Shown: one piece after another, positions 37,400 through 47,162 of the stretch
Numbering within the stretch: position 1 is the first letter of the stretch
Layout: the number at the start of each line of letters is the position of its first letter
Source: a virus
Lineage: Duplodnaviria; Heunggongvirae; Uroviricota; Caudoviricetes
Direction: 5' to 3' (one strand)
DNA: 64,000 bases
Virus record (IMG/VR): IMGVR_UViG_3300022555_003200
Program-made: the position numbers and the translations under genes
The notes under the pieces: generated by a model
Databases searched by the model: none
What the model was told of the DNA's origin: nothing
What the model saw: the letters and a program-made list of their open reading frames with translations, nothing else

Positions 37400-37575
37400 A
37401 TGCGTGGATAAATCAACCGGAGGTGTTGCGTGCGTCAGGTGACAGAGTGGTGTGAGAACAAGAGAGAGCTTCAGTTTGCTTTTGATCAGATCGAGAAGTA
37501 CGAGCCCGGTGTTGCTGTGTTTAAGCGGCGCGTAGAAGAGGATGTAGAGCAGTTTTGCGTCTGTAAGGCAACGAA

Positions 37576-37806
37576 GTGAGTGAACGAAAGCCGTATTCAT
37601 GCTGCGGCGGAGATCCTACGTGTTGGCTAAACAAGACAGAGCGGTTTATAGACAGCTTGTTTGCTCTGTACAGCACGGATCCTGAGGCGGCTAAGGACAG
37701 TCTGTTTTCGTACATGGAGTCAGTAGAGATGGACCGGGATTGGGCCCGGGCAAAACTAAAAGAAGCTATAAATAATATAATACCAAAGAAGGAGGATCGC
37801 ACGTGA
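37576..37806 (+). CDS. Hypothetical small protein.
   Basis: ORF of 76 aa. Confidence 0.3.
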   Translation: MSERKPYSCCGGDPTCWLNKTERFIDSLFALYSTDPEAAKDSLFSYMESVEMDRDWARAKLKEAINNIIPKKEDRT

Positions 37807-38153
37807 GCGTACGGGAAAAGCTAAAAAATATATTTAGTAAGCCGATATTGAGCACCATTGGGTTGGTTGGGCTTATCTTTTTTGATGTGTGCCTGATTGC
37901 CATCTGTTTCATTTGCCATCAGTATTGGTGGGCGTTCTTTTGGATTGGGATCACGGCTCTTGTGGGAATGTTTGAAGGATTGTCTTATTGTGTCACTGGA
38001 CATACCATTAGTCAATGGTGGTGGATTTGGTCTGAGTCAAGTCCTCAGATGATGTGGTGGAGTCTTGCCGCGGCGTTCTGTTTCTACGCGGCTATGACCT
38101 GCCTTCTTCTTCATCTTATTTCACCCATTTTGGCCAAGCTAGCAGGTAACTAG
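37803..38153 (+). CDS. Membrane protein with 3-4 TM helices.
   Basis: Hydrophobic and Trp-rich. Confidence 0.4.
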   Translation: MSVREKLKNIFSKPILSTIGLVGLIFFDVCLIAICFICHQYWWAFFWIGITALVGMFEGLSYCVTGHTISQWWWIWSESSPQMMWWSLAAAFCFYAAMTCLLLHLISPILAKLAGN

Positions 38154-40540
38154 TGGTCAATGTTGCAAAGCTCATATCTGCTAAGAATGAAGACAAAACT
38201 AAGCGAGAAGAATGCGCCAAGTGCCCATACTTGTCGCGTATTTTTGTTCCTTCGTACACCTGCAACAATGATTTAGTTGTTGTTGGTGATGCTCCAACAG
38301 GGATTGACGCTGTTGAAGGGGTTCCATTTGGCGGTGAGAGCGGAAAGCTGTTCAGAAAGACACTATCACAGGTAGGTTTTAACGTATCACAAGTAACTTT
38401 TACGAACGCATGCCGGTGCAACCCGCCAGCGAATGAGCCTCCAAAGAAGAAGGCTCTGAAGCTTTGCACTGGCATGTATCTTTTTAATGAGCTAAAGGAT
38501 CTAAAGCCGAAGCTTGTTGTGCTTGTCGGAGCAGCAGCTCTGGAGGCGTTTTTTCCCAAAGAACGCATCATGAGTAGGGCCGGTAATTTCATGCAGACTA
38601 TGGGCATGACTTTTCTTCCTGTTATCGACCCGGCATATTGTATTCGTAATCCAACTTCCCTACCAAGGCTTAGAAAAGATCTTAATACGGCCCACCGGTA
38701 TCTGCACAACGATCTTGGTTCGGATAACAACTTTATCGTTGTGGACACCGAAGATAAGCTTGCCGCGGCGTATAGCGATCTTGTGTTGGCCTCACCAGAG
38801 CTCATTAGTTTTGACGTTGAGACTAATGAGATGCTTGACGTTTTTGACAAGGCGATGAATCTATGGAGTTGCGGATTTGGCCTTGGTGGAGGGAAGTGTT
38901 ACTCGGTTCCTTTGGACCATCCTGAGAACGTTAACATTGAGTTCCGTGATAAGTGTTGGGATCTAGTGAGGACTGTCATGTCAGGACCGTCTAAGAAGAT
39001 CGCACACAATGCCGCGTTTGACCTTAAGGTTCTCGTGAAGATGGGGGTTTCCTATAAGAACTTTTACGCTGATACGATGGTTATGGCGTTTTTACTTGAC
39101 GAGAACAGGCACTCGATAGGCCTTAAGCAGCTGTCAGCAGAGTACCTGGATGGGTGCATGTTCGAGTTTACGAAGGACATGGTAAAGCTGTGCATTTACA
39201 ACTGTGAAGACTGCAACAACACCATGGGGCTGTTTCGCAAGTTTGAGCCCGAGATCCGGCTTAGCCCGGTAATGTGGAGCCTGTTTGAGACTGTTTTGAT
39301 GCCGATGATTGAGGTTATTGTTGGTATGGAGCTTGAAGGGGTTCTCATAGACACTGCCGCGAGTACAGCACTTGCTGGAGATATTCACAGAAGGCTCGAG
39401 GCCGTGTATGAGGCTATCGCTGACACATACCCTGAGTCAAAAGATGTTAACCTAAGCTCTACTAAGCAGTTACGTGATCTTTTGTTTAAGGTACTGAAAT
39501 ATCCTGTTCTCAAGAAGACAGAGTCTGGATTACTAAGTACCGATAATGAGGTTCTTGAGAACCTGTCAAGGCAGGGGTATAAGCTGGCGACGTATCTAAT
39601 CAGAATACGTAAGCATGAGAAGATGCTTTCAACCTATGTGGAGAAGCTTCCGGGGCTTATAAAGGACGATGGTAGGCTTCACGGTAATTTCAATATCTGT
39701 GGTGCCCGCACAGGACGGCTTTCCAGCTCAGGGCCAAACCTCCAGAACATCCCTAGGGACAAGGCTGTAAAGAAGATGTTTGTGGCCTCTCCCGGATGTA
39801 TTCTGCTTCAGGCAGATGCCAGTCAGATGGAGCTCAGGGTGGCTTGTTCTGTTGCTCCGGAGCCGACAATGATACAAGCCTACCAGGATGGGCATGATAT
39901 TCATCGTTTAACGGCCTCTAAGGCCCTCCACGTTGCAGAGAAGGACGTAACCAAGGATCAGCGTCAAATCGCTAAGGGGATCAATTTTGGCTTTGTTTAC
40001 GGGCAGTCTGCAGAAGGGTTCCAGGTGTACGCAGAGACGAAGTATGGGGTTAAGTTGTCGATTGAAGAGTGTAGGGCTTTTCGTAACGCGTACTTCTCAA
40101 CGTATACGGGTTTTGAACCCTGGTACGCCAGGACCAGACGTGTTTTGTCAAAATGCGGGTTTGTGGAGTATCCTACAGGAAGGATGCGCCGGTTTCCAGA
40201 GGCAAAAGGCGTATTAGCAACCAATGTACCTGATGATATCACTAGGCAGGCCGTAAACAGTCCTGTTCAGGGCAGTAGTTCAGACATGATTTTGTTTACG
40301 ATGGTAAGGATGCGACGAATCATAGCCAAGTATAAGCTACCCGTCAGGACGATTCTTACGGTCCATGACTCAATAGTGTTTGAGGGCCCCGAGGAGCCTC
40401 TTTACGATGTTGCTCATGAGATGAACAGTGTATGTTCCATTGACCTTCCTAGAAGCTTTTCGTGGCTAAAAGTGCCTATGAAGTTTGATTACTCGTTCGG
40501 CAAGAACTGGGGCGAACTAGAGGAGGTCAAGGTGAACTAA
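38153..40540 (+). CDS. polA: Family A DNA polymerase fused to an N-terminal family-4 uracil-DNA glycosylase domain and a 3'-5' exonuclease domain.
   Basis: UDG4 motifs VVGDAPTG...GVPFGGESGKL with Cys ligands. ExoI motif FDVETN. Pol motif B RQIAKGINFGFVYGQS. Motif C VHDSIVFE. Confidence 0.9.
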   Translation: MVNVAKLISAKNEDKTKREECAKCPYLSRIFVPSYTCNNDLVVVGDAPTGIDAVEGVPFGGESGKLFRKTLSQVGFNVSQVTFTNACRCNPPANEPPKKKALKLCTGMYLFNELKDLKPKLVVLVGAAALEAFFPKERIMSRAGNFMQTMGMTFLPVIDPAYCIRNPTSLPRLRKDLNTAHRYLHNDLGSDNNFIVVDTEDKLAAAYSDLVLASPELISFDVETNEMLDVFDKAMNLWSCGFGLGGGKCYSVPLDHPENVNIEFRDKCWDLVRTVMSGPSKKIAHNAAFDLKVLVKMGVSYKNFYADTMVMAFLLDENRHSIGLKQLSAEYLDGCMFEFTKDMVKLCIYNCEDCNNTMGLFRKFEPEIRLSPVMWSLFETVLMPMIEVIVGMELEGVLIDTAASTALAGDIHRRLEAVYEAIADTYPESKDVNLSSTKQLRDLLFKVLKYPVLKKTESGLLSTDNEVLENLSRQGYKLATYLIRIRKHEKMLSTYVEKLPGLIKDDGRLHGNFNICGARTGRLSSSGPNLQNIPRDKAVKKMFVASPGCILLQADASQMELRVACSVAPEPTMIQAYQDGHDIHRLTASKALHVAEKDVTKDQRQIAKGINFGFVYGQSAEGFQVYAETKYGVKLSIEECRAFRNAYFSTYTGFEPWYARTRRVLSKCGFVEYPTGRMRRFPEAKGVLATNVPDDITRQAVNSPVQGSSSDMILFTMVRMRRIIAKYKLPVRTILTVHDSIVFEGPEEPLYDVAHEMNSVCSIDLPRSFSWLKVPMKFDYSFGKNWGELEEVKVN

Positions 40541-40548
40541 AATATTTA

Positions 40549-40598
40549 AAAAAATATCATAATTTTTTACGTAAACAGCCGTAATATAGAGTGAAGGA
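40549..40598 (+). promoter_or_regulatory. Copy E of the conserved promoter-like motif.
   Basis: AAAAATATCATAATTTTTTACGTAAACAGCCGTAATATA. Confidence 0.6.
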
Positions 40599-40618
40599 TC
40601 AAACAGGGGGTAGCAACA

Positions 40619-41092
40619 GTGGATTTCAACATGAAGGTCAGAGTCAATGTTGGTGATAAGGTGTTTGACGGGACTCTCAGAGAGGTCATGCAGATAAACG
40701 ATGCGACTCTCAACGACGAGTTCATTAAGCAGCCCAGCACTTATGCGTACTTTGCGGCTCTCTCCGAATTTGCAGTAGCTGACGTTGAGCAGAAGAAGTT
40801 AGCTTTTTCGGTTTTGGAGGCGAACCTTGACGCTCAGAAGAGGCTCGAGCTAAAGGAGACTAAGGTCACTGAGGCTGTTATTAAGTCCGCCATTGTACGA
40901 GATAAGAGGTACCAGATGATGGCAGAAGAGCTCATTGAAGCAGAGCGCCAGCTCGGGATCCTCAAGTCTTTTGTTAAGGCGTTGGAGCAACGGAAGGATA
41001 TGCTGATTCAACTCGGAGCTTCTAAACGCCAGGAGATTAGCTTACATGATTTCGGGATCAATACTGACAAAGTTAGGGCACACAACAATTAA
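40619..41092 (+). CDS. Coiled-coil protein, possibly a UvsY-like recombination mediator.
   Basis: Its size, its position next to the SSB and UvsX genes, and a YAYFAA...coiled-coil arrangement resemble UvsY. The similarity is weak. Confidence 0.3.
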   Translation: MDFNMKVRVNVGDKVFDGTLREVMQINDATLNDEFIKQPSTYAYFAALSEFAVADVEQKKLAFSVLEANLDAQKRLELKETKVTEAVIKSAIVRDKRYQMMAEELIEAERQLGILKSFVKALEQRKDMLIQLGASKRQEISLHDFGINTDKVRAHNN

Positions 41093-41101
41093 ACGGGGGT
41101 A

Positions 41102-42073
41102 ATGCAGATGGGCTTAGACATTGTAAAGATGAGAGAGCAGTCAGAAAAGAAGGCCGGTAAGGAGAACAGGTTTGAGCTGCAGGATGGCGACAACAACATT
41201 AGGATTCTGCCTCCTTCACTTGAGTACTTCTCCAGCAACATACCGTACTTTGGGTACAAGTACATGATGCACTACCAGCTTGGTGTTGAGGGTAGCAAGA
41301 CGGCTGAGGTGTGTCCCAAGACTTGGGAGACGGTCACAACCAAGATACGGTGCCCTATCTGTGAGGTCGCCGCAAAGCTTTGGGCGACAAAAGACCCCGA
41401 AGACGAGAAGCTAGCCAGGAAGATCAGCAAGAAGACTCGTTATTTGTTTAACGTAGTTGACTTGAACAACAAGGATAAAGGCATCCAGATTATGGAGGCC
41501 GGTATTCAGGTCCATACGGATCTTAAGGGGTTTATAGAGAACCCAAAGTGGGGCGACATTCTCGACTTGGACACTGGTAGGGATGTTGTTATTACAAAAG
41601 TAAGTGCCAAGCAATCCCAGAGTGGCTACGCAAGCTACAGCGCGGCTCCAGACCCGTCAGTGTCTTCGGCACGTGGATATCTTCCGAAGAACTTTAAGGA
41701 GGCGATAGAACTTCTTAAAAACGAGGTTCCAAAAGCTAAATCTTATGAAGAGCTTAAGATTACATTGGAGGGAGGCGAAGGTGCCGTTGATGTTGGTGCT
41801 GTACGTGCTGCGGCTGCGGTGGAGAAGCACCCGGCTGATCAGGAAGAGCCAATGAGGAGACACCAAAAGCTTCCTGTTCCAGTGGCTGAGGTGAAGCATG
41901 AAGAGCCTTTGAAGACCCACCAAAAGCTTCCTGTTGTCGAATCCGTGGAGAGTACTTCGGACGAAGGAGGAGAAACCCCCGAGTGTTTCGGAGAGCTGTA
42001 CGGACCAAGGCGCCCTGAGTGCGTTCCGTGCACATTCAAGGCATCGTGCAGGGACAAGTTTTTGAATATGTAG
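41102..42073 (+). CDS. Single-stranded DNA-binding protein of the T4 gp32 type, with a C-terminal tail bearing repeated PLKxHxKLP motifs.
   Basis: IRILPPS...CPKTWE...CPIC zinc-binding core resembling gp32. The tail contains EEPMRRHQKLPVP and EEPLKTHQKLPVV. Confidence 0.55.
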   Translation: MQMGLDIVKMREQSEKKAGKENRFELQDGDNNIRILPPSLEYFSSNIPYFGYKYMMHYQLGVEGSKTAEVCPKTWETVTTKIRCPICEVAAKLWATKDPEDEKLARKISKKTRYLFNVVDLNNKDKGIQIMEAGIQVHTDLKGFIENPKWGDILDLDTGRDVVITKVSAKQSQSGYASYSAAPDPSVSSARGYLPKNFKEAIELLKNEVPKAKSYEELKITLEGGEGAVDVGAVRAAAAVEKHPADQEEPMRRHQKLPVPVAEVKHEEPLKTHQKLPVVESVESTSDEGGETPECFGELYGPRRPECVPCTFKASCRDKFLNM

Positions 42074-42146
42074 TTTGGTGCTGGCAGTTGGGCGGGGGTA
42101 GCTATCCCCGCCCTAACCATTCAATAAACGTAATCAAGGAGATACA

Positions 42147-43256
42147 ATGACACAGGTCGAAGAGCCTTTGAAGAGACATCCGAAGCTGCCGGTGGTCGAT
42201 AAAGGTGTGAAAGGCATTGATCCGAAGTTCATATCAAGCCTTATTAGCAAAGTAGAGGGGGTCGCGTCAGGCACAGAGTCTAAGGTAGATTTCTGGCTTG
42301 ACTCCGGAAACTACGCTCTCAACAAAGTAATTTCAGGCGACTACACTAGAGGGCTCCCTTTCGGGCGCGTTATTGAAGTGTTTGGTGACCCTTCCACAGG
42401 TAAGTCGCTTCTCATATACCACTGGATTGCCGCTGTTCAGCAGATGGGTGGCATTGCCATTTTGGACGATACCGAAGACGCTTACACGGAGCAGTTTGGG
42501 GCCATGCTCGGCATTGACAGCAGTGCGCTCATTCTTCTCAGCTCGCTTACAGTTGAGGAACACTTTGAGAAGGTTTTTCTTGGGTGGAAGGACTCTAACG
42601 GAAAGAGCAAGCCGGGGCTCGTGGATCTTATTTGGGAGAAGGATACTGAGTGCCCTATTTTGATCGCTCTGGACAGCCTTGCGCTGTTGTCTACGAGGCA
42701 CGAGCAGGAGGTGATGCTAGAGAAGCCCGATATGACGAAGGCTAAGCAAATACGGGCAGCTCTAAGGAACTCTGCTAGGTACATGAAGAAGGGCAATATC
42801 ATGCACGTAGTGGCCAACCACGTTACCACCAAGATTGGTGTAATGTTCGGCAACCCCAAGACAACTCCTGGAGGCTCTGGTATGCCTTTTTCAGCGTCTG
42901 TGAGGCTTGAGCTGAACTATTCCGGAAAGATCAAGGATGTGGACAACCCGGACCGTGTTGTCGGCGTAATGTCAACAGCAAAGGGGTCCAAGAACCGCAT
43001 CGCCATGCCGTTTCAGGAGTCTTGCTTGGATATCTATTTCAATAAGGGTGTGGATCCGTTCAGCGGTCTCTTGGAAAACATGATTACGAATGGGATAGCT
43101 AAGGACGGTGAGAAGCGTGGTTACGTCGAGATCGCCGGAGAGCAGGTCCGGAAGAGTGAGTTTAAGGAGTATGTAAAGAAGAACCTGGACAGGCTTAGTT
43201 CTCTGTCTACTGTGGCGCCTGTAGTGGAAAAGGTCGAGGAAGAGGAAAAAGATTAA
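42147..43256 (+). CDS. RecA/UvsX-family recombinase.
   Basis: Walker A GDPSTGKS and a RecA-fold core. N-terminus EEPLKRHPKLPVV. Confidence 0.8.
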   Translation: MTQVEEPLKRHPKLPVVDKGVKGIDPKFISSLISKVEGVASGTESKVDFWLDSGNYALNKVISGDYTRGLPFGRVIEVFGDPSTGKSLLIYHWIAAVQQMGGIAILDDTEDAYTEQFGAMLGIDSSALILLSSLTVEEHFEKVFLGWKDSNGKSKPGLVDLIWEKDTECPILIALDSLALLSTRHEQEVMLEKPDMTKAKQIRAALRNSARYMKKGNIMHVVANHVTTKIGVMFGNPKTTPGGSGMPFSASVRLELNYSGKIKDVDNPDRVVGVMSTAKGSKNRIAMPFQESCLDIYFNKGVDPFSGLLENMITNGIAKDGEKRGYVEIAGEQVRKSEFKEYVKKNLDRLSSLSTVAPVVEKVEEEEKD

Positions 43257-43428
43257 AAATATTTAAAAAGATCCTTGACTTTTTTGGTTTTTATGCTAGC
43301 ATGACGCAATTCTCATAGCACAACTTTGATCATTCAGCAGCAAAGAAGGGGGGCGAACTCTTTTTAGTTTCTTTAGGACTAGATGTTAGTATATTCTTAT
43401 TATAGGTTTTTAATTCGCGAGTAGAATA

Positions 43429-44199
43429 ATGTCAATATCGTACCCCCCAGATTACGAAGATACTGACCAGATAGACGGACTCATGCCGGAGTCTGCCGGC
43501 AATGCAACAATCCCGCACGTAGATGAAAAAAAGTTCCCGCTAACAAAGCAGTGGCTGCAGCTAATCGTAAGATACTCCTTCGTGTACCACCGATCCGTAA
43601 TTGACTTTCTCCAAGAGGCCTACATTCTTGAGTGGGATATGAAAAAAAGAGTGTACGAGTCGCTAGCTCACAAGCAGAACAGTTTTAAAAGGTCTCTATA
43701 TGCTCTCCTTTATCGCAAGCGGAACGATTGGGAAGGTATTTTGGAATATTCCTCTGTTGATAAAGATGGAAAGAAATCTGAATACGGGTTTACGTCCGGA
43801 AAAAGCTATATCGTTACCGAGACTGAGGACGAGATGGCTGAAAGACGCGAGCATGGGAGGCTATTAAAAACAAAGCCGTCCAAGGACGCACCCATTCGAC
43901 GTAAGAAGACCTACCAATCTGACACGATCAGCCTTGACGTTGACCTCGTGGATTCGCTTATTCAGATGCGCCCCTTTGATGAGGTGTACTATCAGGATCT
44001 AGTGGCACATACAGCTATTCTGTTGGCTCAGAAGAGCTCCCTGGCAAGGCAAATGTTTTTGGACAGGGTGAACTTGAAGCTCCAGTGGAACGAACTGAGG
44101 AATGAAGCACATTACAAGGAAGTAGCACATTACAGTTTTTATAACGCCGTTAAATTCATAAAGAGAGTAGTCAGGAAAGAAATGTACTGTTTCGCCTGA
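43429..44199 (+). CDS. Hypothetical protein.
   Basis: ORF of 256 aa. Confidence 0.4.
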   Translation: MSISYPPDYEDTDQIDGLMPESAGNATIPHVDEKKFPLTKQWLQLIVRYSFVYHRSVIDFLQEAYILEWDMKKRVYESLAHKQNSFKRSLYALLYRKRNDWEGILEYSSVDKDGKKSEYGFTSGKSYIVTETEDEMAERREHGRLLKTKPSKDAPIRRKKTYQSDTISLDVDLVDSLIQMRPFDEVYYQDLVAHTAILLAQKSSLARQMFLDRVNLKLQWNELRNEAHYKEVAHYSFYNAVKFIKRVVRKEMYCFA

Positions 44200-44216
44200 C
44201 GATTCCGGAGGACGCT

Positions 44217-47162
44217 GTGCGTTTTGGTCTTGTATCGGACACCCATTTTCAGAATTGGCAAGCGTTCGGCCAATGTCACGAGAACAGGATCTCAAAGAGA
44301 CTCTTAAAGCAGCGGGATAATTTTCTTCAGGCAGTATCTGTTTTTAAGAGAGAGCGGGTCGATTGTATTATTCATGGTGGCGACTGGGGGCATTCAGTCG
44401 GCACTATTAGTAACGAGGTTCTCAACCTAAGCAAGGACCTTCTTGGAAGTTTTGAAACACCGATACTCTTTGTCTGCGGCAATCACGACACACCTATAAG
44501 AACTGCACCAAAAGATCACCACCTGCTCACGAACATACTTGAAGGGTTCCGGGCAACATTTCCACTCGACTTCCCTAATGCAGAATGTCTCGGTAAGGGA
44601 AAGCTGTGTCTGATCAATTTTCAGGACGAGATCGATTACGAGAAGGTCAAGGGGTATGATCTAGTTGTTGTTCATAAGACTCCAGTCGGCGCTCAGTTGG
44701 GTAATTACACCTTTGGCGAGGGAACTAACTGGCGCCGGCTGGCCTCCCAAAATAAATTTGTAGCGTTTGGGCATATCCACCAAATGCAGAAGCTAAGCGA
44801 GAACTGCTTCATCATTGGAGCTCCGATGCCATTTACATTCGGAGATGACGGGCGCCGCGGGGTATGGACGGTCGACACGGACGAGGGCACCTGCACCTTC
44901 CACAAGCTTGATTACCCAGAGTTCATCACTGTCAACAGCCCTGAAGACATTAAGGATGATGGGAACTACTACAAGTTGTTCGGAACCAGACTAAAGATAG
45001 AAAACGAGAACGTGATATCTGTGGTTACTCCAGACACATTCAAGGAGCGGATCAAGGCGCAGGACTTTCATGGGATAGTGCACGAGTGGATAGAGCTCAA
45101 CGGAAAAGACGACACATATTTTGATCTTGTTAAGGACATCTTGGATGAGAAGATGTCGTTTGTGAAGAGCTTTTACAAGGGAAGGCTGGCTAAGGTTTCC
45201 ATTCAAGATTTTTTGTCCATTCAGTCCGCGGAGTACAAGGTTCCGGAGAGTGGCTTCACGCTCATTACTGGAGAGTCGGATGGGTTTAGCAGTAATGGGA
45301 GTGGCAAGAGCTCCATAATAGGCGAGTCAATATGCTGGGCCCTATTTGGGGAGACCACAAAGGGACTTACTGGAGATGATGTTATACGAAATGGTCAGAA
45401 CGACTGCTCTGTTGAACTTCTTCTTGACGCTGGAGGTTCAAATGTGATCGTTAAGAGAAGTCGCAAGAGCGGTTTGTCAGTCATGGTTATCGAGAATGGT
45501 CAGGCGAAGCTCCCTACCGAGGGGATGCTCCAGAAGCAGGCTCAGGAGCTACTGGAGGGCATTCTTGGGTTCGATAAGAGCGTGTTCCTGTCGTCAGTAT
45601 ACTTTAGCCAGGAAAATCTCCTTATGATGGCTAAGATGTCTGACACCGAGAAGACGAGCATGATAACGGACCTTCTTGGGTTTGATCAGTATGACGACTT
45701 GCAGGAGCTGGTTCTTCAGAAGACGACCAAGATAAGCGGGGACATATTAAAGGACGAGCGGGCTAAGACTGAGTCCGAGAAGGACCTTGCCGTAGCCCGG
45801 GCAGTTCTTGATGGGGTTCTGAGGGCTATCGAAGAAAAGGCGCACAAAGTTAAGGAGTGCCTGGCAGCGATAGATACACACAAAGACGGGATCGCTGAGC
45901 TTAAGTCTAACGGGGTTGTCAAGCTTTCCTTTGAGAAGGTTGATTACGACTCAAAGATACGAGAGACAGAGGAGGCTAAGGAAACTATCCACAAGAAGCT
46001 TGAGGCTATCCGTGAGACGGTTGACTTAGTTCATAAGGAGCAGGGGGACTGCTCTGCTAAAATGGTTGTTTTGAAGGTGGAGCTCGACTCTTTGAAAGCG
46101 TCTAGGAAGAAGATTGAGAGCGAGATAAACGTTCTCAGAGGGGCACAGGTAGGTGTCCGCTGTGACAAGTGCGGATCCACAGTGTCAGAGGACAGCGTGG
46201 ACTCTTTTATCAATGACAAGGAGTCCGATCTTGTTCAGATCGATGCTGACAGGACTGTTATTGAGGCGGAGTTAAAGGGTAAGGAAGCTGCTTTAAAAGA
46301 TGTAATGCTTAGGCTAGTTCAGCTTGACGCAAAGGAGGACGGCTTCAAGGCGCAGGAGTCTGAGATCGGTCCAGAGCTGTCCAGGCTTAACCGCCTAAAG
46401 ACAGAGCAGCTGTCGAAGCAGCACGAGCTCGAGATGGCACAAGAACGTATGCGTGGTGAAATTGAGCGACATAAGTCATTTATAGACGAGTATTCGGTAC
46501 GCGCTGACGGTATCCGCAAGGAGAAGCATTGGCTTACAGTAGACAGGGACGATAAAGAAGAGGCCATCAAAATACTTGAAGAAGTTATGGGCAGATTCAG
46601 TACGCGTATCAGACAGTCCGAGGAGAAGATCGAGAAGCTTTCTTTCTGGAAGACAGCCTTCTCACCAAAGGGCATCCGGTCGGTTCTTCTGGACAGGTTC
46701 TGCAATGATATTAATGCGACTATTAACGGGTATTTGTCTACGGTGAGTGGCGGGACCATGAGCATCATGATGACTCCGACTAAGACCACTAAGGCCGGTG
46801 AGGAGCGTAACAAGATCGGGATGCTTATTCGTCTTAATGGCAACGAGACTAAGTATGAGGCGTTGTCAGGCGGAGAGAAGAGACGCGTTGATGTATCGCT
46901 GTGTTTTGGCCTAAATAAGTTCGTGTCGGAGAAGTACCAGGTACCATCTGGTATACTTGGAATTGTTATTCTTGATGAGGTGTTTTCGTTTTTGGACAGA
47001 TCAGGCGAGGAGTCTGTGGCGGATCTACTCTACAGCGAGGGTAAGAGCCGCAATGTGTTTGTAATAGATCATGCGCTTAATCTTAGTAGCTATGCCGATC
47101 AGGTGTGGGTGGTCAAGAAGGAACATGGCATTAGCACGCTGAACGTCAGGAGAGATTCATGA
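44217..47162 (+). CDS. Single-chain SbcD/Mre11-like nuclease fused to an SbcC/Rad50-like ABC ATPase.
   Basis: N-terminal phosphoesterase motifs VSDTHF, HGGDWGH and GNHD. Walker A GESDGFSSNGSGKSS. A long coiled coil containing a CDKCGS zinc hook. Signature LSGGEKRRV. Walker B VILDEVF. Confidence 0.85.
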   Translation: MRFGLVSDTHFQNWQAFGQCHENRISKRLLKQRDNFLQAVSVFKRERVDCIIHGGDWGHSVGTISNEVLNLSKDLLGSFETPILFVCGNHDTPIRTAPKDHHLLTNILEGFRATFPLDFPNAECLGKGKLCLINFQDEIDYEKVKGYDLVVVHKTPVGAQLGNYTFGEGTNWRRLASQNKFVAFGHIHQMQKLSENCFIIGAPMPFTFGDDGRRGVWTVDTDEGTCTFHKLDYPEFITVNSPEDIKDDGNYYKLFGTRLKIENENVISVVTPDTFKERIKAQDFHGIVHEWIELNGKDDTYFDLVKDILDEKMSFVKSFYKGRLAKVSIQDFLSIQSAEYKVPESGFTLITGESDGFSSNGSGKSSIIGESICWALFGETTKGLTGDDVIRNGQNDCSVELLLDAGGSNVIVKRSRKSGLSVMVIENGQAKLPTEGMLQKQAQELLEGILGFDKSVFLSSVYFSQENLLMMAKMSDTEKTSMITDLLGFDQYDDLQELVLQKTTKISGDILKDERAKTESEKDLAVARAVLDGVLRAIEEKAHKVKECLAAIDTHKDGIAELKSNGVVKLSFEKVDYDSKIRETEEAKETIHKKLEAIRETVDLVHKEQGDCSAKMVVLKVELDSLKASRKKIESEINVLRGAQVGVRCDKCGSTVSEDSVDSFINDKESDLVQIDADRTVIEAELKGKEAALKDVMLRLVQLDAKEDGFKAQESEIGPELSRLNRLKTEQLSKQHELEMAQERMRGEIERHKSFIDEYSVRADGIRKEKHWLTVDRDDKEEAIKILEEVMGRFSTRIRQSEEKIEKLSFWKTAFSPKGIRSVLLDRFCNDINATINGYLSTVSGGTMSIMMTPTKTTKAGEERNKIGMLIRLNGNETKYEALSGGEKRRVDVSLCFGLNKFVSEKYQVPSGILGIVILDEVFSFLDRSGEESVADLLYSEGKSRNVFVIDHALNLSSYADQVWVVKKEHGISTLNVRRDS

